From assembly GCA_032718475.1 (NCBI GenBank), contig JAUCBJ010005083.1, forward strand, positions 1 to 64,000: a stretch of DNA of 64,000 bases, given 5' to 3'. A program made the position numbers and the translations under genes. Positions 60,406 through 64,000 of this stretch are shown here, in pieces. The DNA comes from Nemertoderma westbladi. Lineage: Eukaryota > Animalia > Xenacoelomorpha. The notes below the pieces were generated by a model. It had not been told where the DNA came from. It worked only from the letters and a program-made list of their open reading frames with translations, and made no database searches. Each line of letters opens with the position of its first letter. Position 1 is the stretch's first letter.

Positions 60406-61160
60406 GGTTCGGTTTTCTGCTTTCATTTAAAACAACTGTTATCATTTGTTCAAGATTTGTTGATGATGGGGCCATTAATAGTAGTATTCATGAGCATAAT
60501 TAGCTGCACCAAACCATACAGAACCTGTGACAGCCAAGGCCTTTTTCACATAGTGCATGCATAATATCCGCAATATATATGTTGAACAGGCATGGAGAAG
60601 CCAATGAGCCCTGTTTTACACCTTTATGTACTGGTATTCTTTCGTCTATGATATTTACCATCAACTTTTAGAAAAACCAAGGTTTGTGCGTAATATTATA
60701 ATAAGACGAGCGCTACATGTGGATTTAATATGTCCTTTAGATAGAATTCGATACATTCTAGGGCTGCTCGAATGACCTGACCATATCCGAACTAATATTC
60801 TTCCTGAAACCATATTGGTAGTCATTCAAGTTTCTGGATTTAGACAAGTCATCCTGTAAAATAACTTCAGAATTACACCTTCAAATACTTTAGCCAAGAG
60901 GCTAACCGTAGCAATGGGTCGATATGATTGTGTTAATGATGAGTCTCTGGCAGTTCCCTTATAGAACTGCGAAATTATCGTTGCACCAAATGACCTAGGA
61001 ACCTGTCCGAGAGCCAAACTGGAATTTATTATATGAGAAATCGAGTTACAAATTATTTCTGGATTTGAATGCAAAAAAAGTTCCACAACCAGTGATTTGA
61101 TATCCGGAGACTTTCCAAGTGAAAGGCTTCCTATGATCGCTTTAATATTAACTGGAAAGA

Positions 61161-61772
61161 TTGTAATTAGATCTATATCTTTACGCATCAACTCCAACTC
61201 ACCTCGTACACCATTAATCCTAGATATGTTGTAATTAGATCTATATCTTTACGCATCAAATCCAACTCACGTCGTACACCATTAATCCTAGATATGTTGT
61301 AATTAGATCTATATCTTTACGCATCAACTCCAACTCACCTCGTACACCATTAATCCTAGATATGTTGTAATTAGATCTATATCTTTACGCATCAAATCCA
61401 ACTCACGTCGTACACCATTAATCCTAGATATGTTGTAATTAGATCTATATCTTTACGCATCAAATCCAACTCACGTCGTACACCATTAATCCTAGATATG
61501 TTGTAATTAGATCTATATCTTTACGCATCAACTCCAACTCACCTCGTACACCATTAATCCTAGATATGTTGTAATTAGATCTATATCTTTACGCATCAAA
61601 TCCAACTCACGTCGTACACCATTAATCCTAGATATGTTGTAATTAGATCTATATCTTTACGCATCAACTCCAACTCACCTCGTACACCATTAATCCTAGA
61701 TATGTTGTAATTAGATCTATATCTTTACGCATCAACTCCAACTCACCTCGAACACCATTAATCTTAGACATG
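61161..61772. repeat. 68-bp tandem repeat, 9 copies
   Basis: TTGTAATTAGATCTATATCTTTACGCATCAACTCCAACTCACCTCGTACACCATTAATCCTAGATATG, in two variant types. Confidence 0.96.
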
Positions 61773-63162
61773 TCTTCGATAATTGTTTCATTTCGCCTAT
61801 GATAATTTTAGCCTAAGCTTTCTCTGAACATCCTCAGGTATCGACGAGGCGCCGTTTGGGCCACAAAAATATATCTCACAACAATAAACTTGGTTGTTGT
61901 GTGTGTGGCGTTTCTCGTCAATCATCTCCCCAACACTACAACGAACTTCGTTGTAGTGTGTAAAAATATTTTTGGAAATATTGTGGAGGGAAATTCAAAC
62001 ATTAAATTGTCACTCAATCTGTCTGTTTCTCAAAATAAAACCAGTCCTACGATAAACTGATTTAGAGCGCTCCTATCCAAAGCCAACAATAGGAAGATCA
62101 AGATATATACGAAAATGGGGCGGCATAAAAAGGAAATTGTATGAGGCGGCGTTTGGGCTACTAAGTGCACGACCGAGGGGATCTACAAACAATATGTGCT
62201 GGCGCAGCCTTGATTTAGTTATCATTATTCCGCGACTTCACAATATTTTCCAAAAATGTTTTCACACACGTTGGGGTGTGTAGGTGAACTAGTTCAAACA
62301 GGGGACAATTGCATGAATACACAGCGACAAACTGGGGACGATCTACAATCCGGGGACGTCCCCGGAATGAAATGATATCAAAAATGGAATCTACGTACTA
62401 AAATTAATGGATTCTGAAAATTTCAGATCATTTCGGCGATGTCCCCTGTTCCACCCAAACCTGTCAAATACGTGTGTAAATTTGTGTTTGAGTTTTGAAA
62501 ATTTCACTGTCCCCAGTATAATGCGATAGTTTCAAGTGTCCCCTTTTCCATACAGTTAATATAACATTCCAAACACACGTTGTAGTATGGGTGCTGTTGT
62601 TCAATGTGGGGACTGGAATCTACAATGTAATTAATATTTGTGATCTAATTTAACATTTTGACCAATCGCAGCAGTATGTGTGGCATGGTTCAAAATGGGG
62701 ACTAGGAATTCATTGTCACCTAAAAAGTAGAGATTAATTTTAAGTAAGTAGAATATATATGTCGAATGTGCCAATTTGGAAATCAAATACTTTAGTAATC
62801 GTGTTTTAAAGCAGAATATGGCGCCCGAATCGTTCGAATATATAATTTTATGACAAATTTTCCTGATAAACAACTTGATATACATTTGCAATATACAATT
62901 GAAAGTGGTTCATGAAGGACATTCATTAAGAACGTTACGTTTCGTTTTCTTACTATAAATTGTATAAGCGGATTCTGACTCAAATTCAAATTCAGTTACT
63001 TGGAAATACATCCATATCATCTTTACCAGAAACATTTTCCGAATCACTATCAGAATTGCATAGATTGTTTTTATCTTCTTGAGAATCACCACAGACCATG
63101 TCACAGTTACTCAATGCCGGATAAATAAGTCATGCCATGAACGCATGGTTTGCATAACAATA

Positions 63163-64000
63163 ACTACTACTACTAGGATCGGCATGCTGCATTGCCACTG
63201 CATTTTTAAGAATGCTGTGCCGGCTTATCGACAAAATTGCACTGCCACAACTCCCTATCACCCATGACATTTGCTAGATCATCCGCATCTTCAAGGCCAG
63301 TGTCCTTTAAGATGCGTCTCAAGAAAGTCATGGGCTGTCCACCATGCTTATTCACTCCATGAGGCTGCCAAAGTACAAGATTATGCACTGGCTGGTCCTC
63401 ACGGCGAAAGCAATGTCCTGCAAAGCGGAGGCAATTTTGTTCTAGTGTCAAGCTTGGGGGAACCAATGAGACACCTCCAATGTTATATAGTGTCTGGTTG
63501 GAGATGTGTGCATTGTACTTGACACAATAAACCCGGCGTAGCATTCTTGTGAATGTGCCATCCAGAGATTTGGTGTCCTCAGCAGTTAGAGCCCAGCATG
63601 GACTCCCATAGAGGAGTACTGGAACTACTGCTGCTCTAAATAATCGGACCTTAAGTGTCCGATTAATTCTCGGTGACTTCCAAATCCTGGAAAGCCTATT
63701 CAAGGCTGCCCATGCCTTTCCCTTACATATTCGAAGGTCCTCACCTGACTTCCGGATCCATGATCCCAGGTAACAGAAGTCATCCACATGCTCAAGCATA
63801 CTATCTTTGAGCTTATGCTCATCCGATCAGAGACTTGCTGAGGACTTTCAAAGTTAACTGTCAAAATTTTGGTCTTTCTGGAGTTAATAAAAAGACCAAC
63901 ACTAGAAGCAGCATGTTCTAATGAGCTGAGGAGCCGTTGGGCTCCCTCTAGTGATTCTGAGAGTACTCCTAAGTCATCAGCAAAGTCTAGATTAGTTAGG
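63163..64000 (-). mobile_element. RTE-like LINE, 3' part (runs off the window)
   Basis: LDFADDL, INSRKTKI, VDDFCYLGSWI and VLLYGS motifs; (TAG)n tail. Confidence 0.9.

Larger units (their letters stand above)
59340..61800 (-). mobile_element. Decayed LINE (RT region and C-terminus)
   Basis: LSLGKSPD, YRPIATVSLLAKVFE, GVKQGSLASPCLFNIYI and IKFLGVVI peptides with frameshifts. Boundaries approximate. Confidence 0.7.

Noticed and set aside
62631-63110. Minus-strand acidic ORF fragments as a gene or transposase
   Set aside because: Short, stop-interrupted and without a motif I can identify.

Overview
Eukaryotic (invertebrate-like, AT-rich, intron-containing) genomic DNA. Bases 1-31387 are a G-rich ~22-bp minisatellite split by a nested pair of same-family, same-orientation BEL/Pao LTR retrotransposons. 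The outer copy A (1144-30826, GGGGG TSD) has lost RT and integrase. The inner copy B (10069-27249, TAATA TSD) is 17.2 kb, with an open pol but two nonsense codons in gag. The most striking signal is that neither copy has a tRNA-type primer-binding site. Instead the 11-12 nt directly after the 5' LTR are the exact reverse complement of a motif inside the LTR, and the two sites co-vary between A and B. This suggests tRNA-independent self-priming in a BEL/Pao lineage. Next to it are co-varying hairpins, one with a DIS-like palindromic loop. The family also carries a large 3' accessory region with a triple-CCHC zinc-knuckle ORF behind an X-box-like motif. The rest of the window holds a CRE-like LINE fragment, the last two exons of a beta-1,4-galactosyltransferase-family gene, a candidate small minus-strand spliced gene, and four exons of an AMN1-like BC-box/LRR gene. 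The introns of that gene contain many MITEs, LINE relics, a 74-bp satellite inside a foldback element, a 14-copy tandem array of its own splice donor, and a nested antisense protamine-like gene. All calls were made by eye, without database searches.
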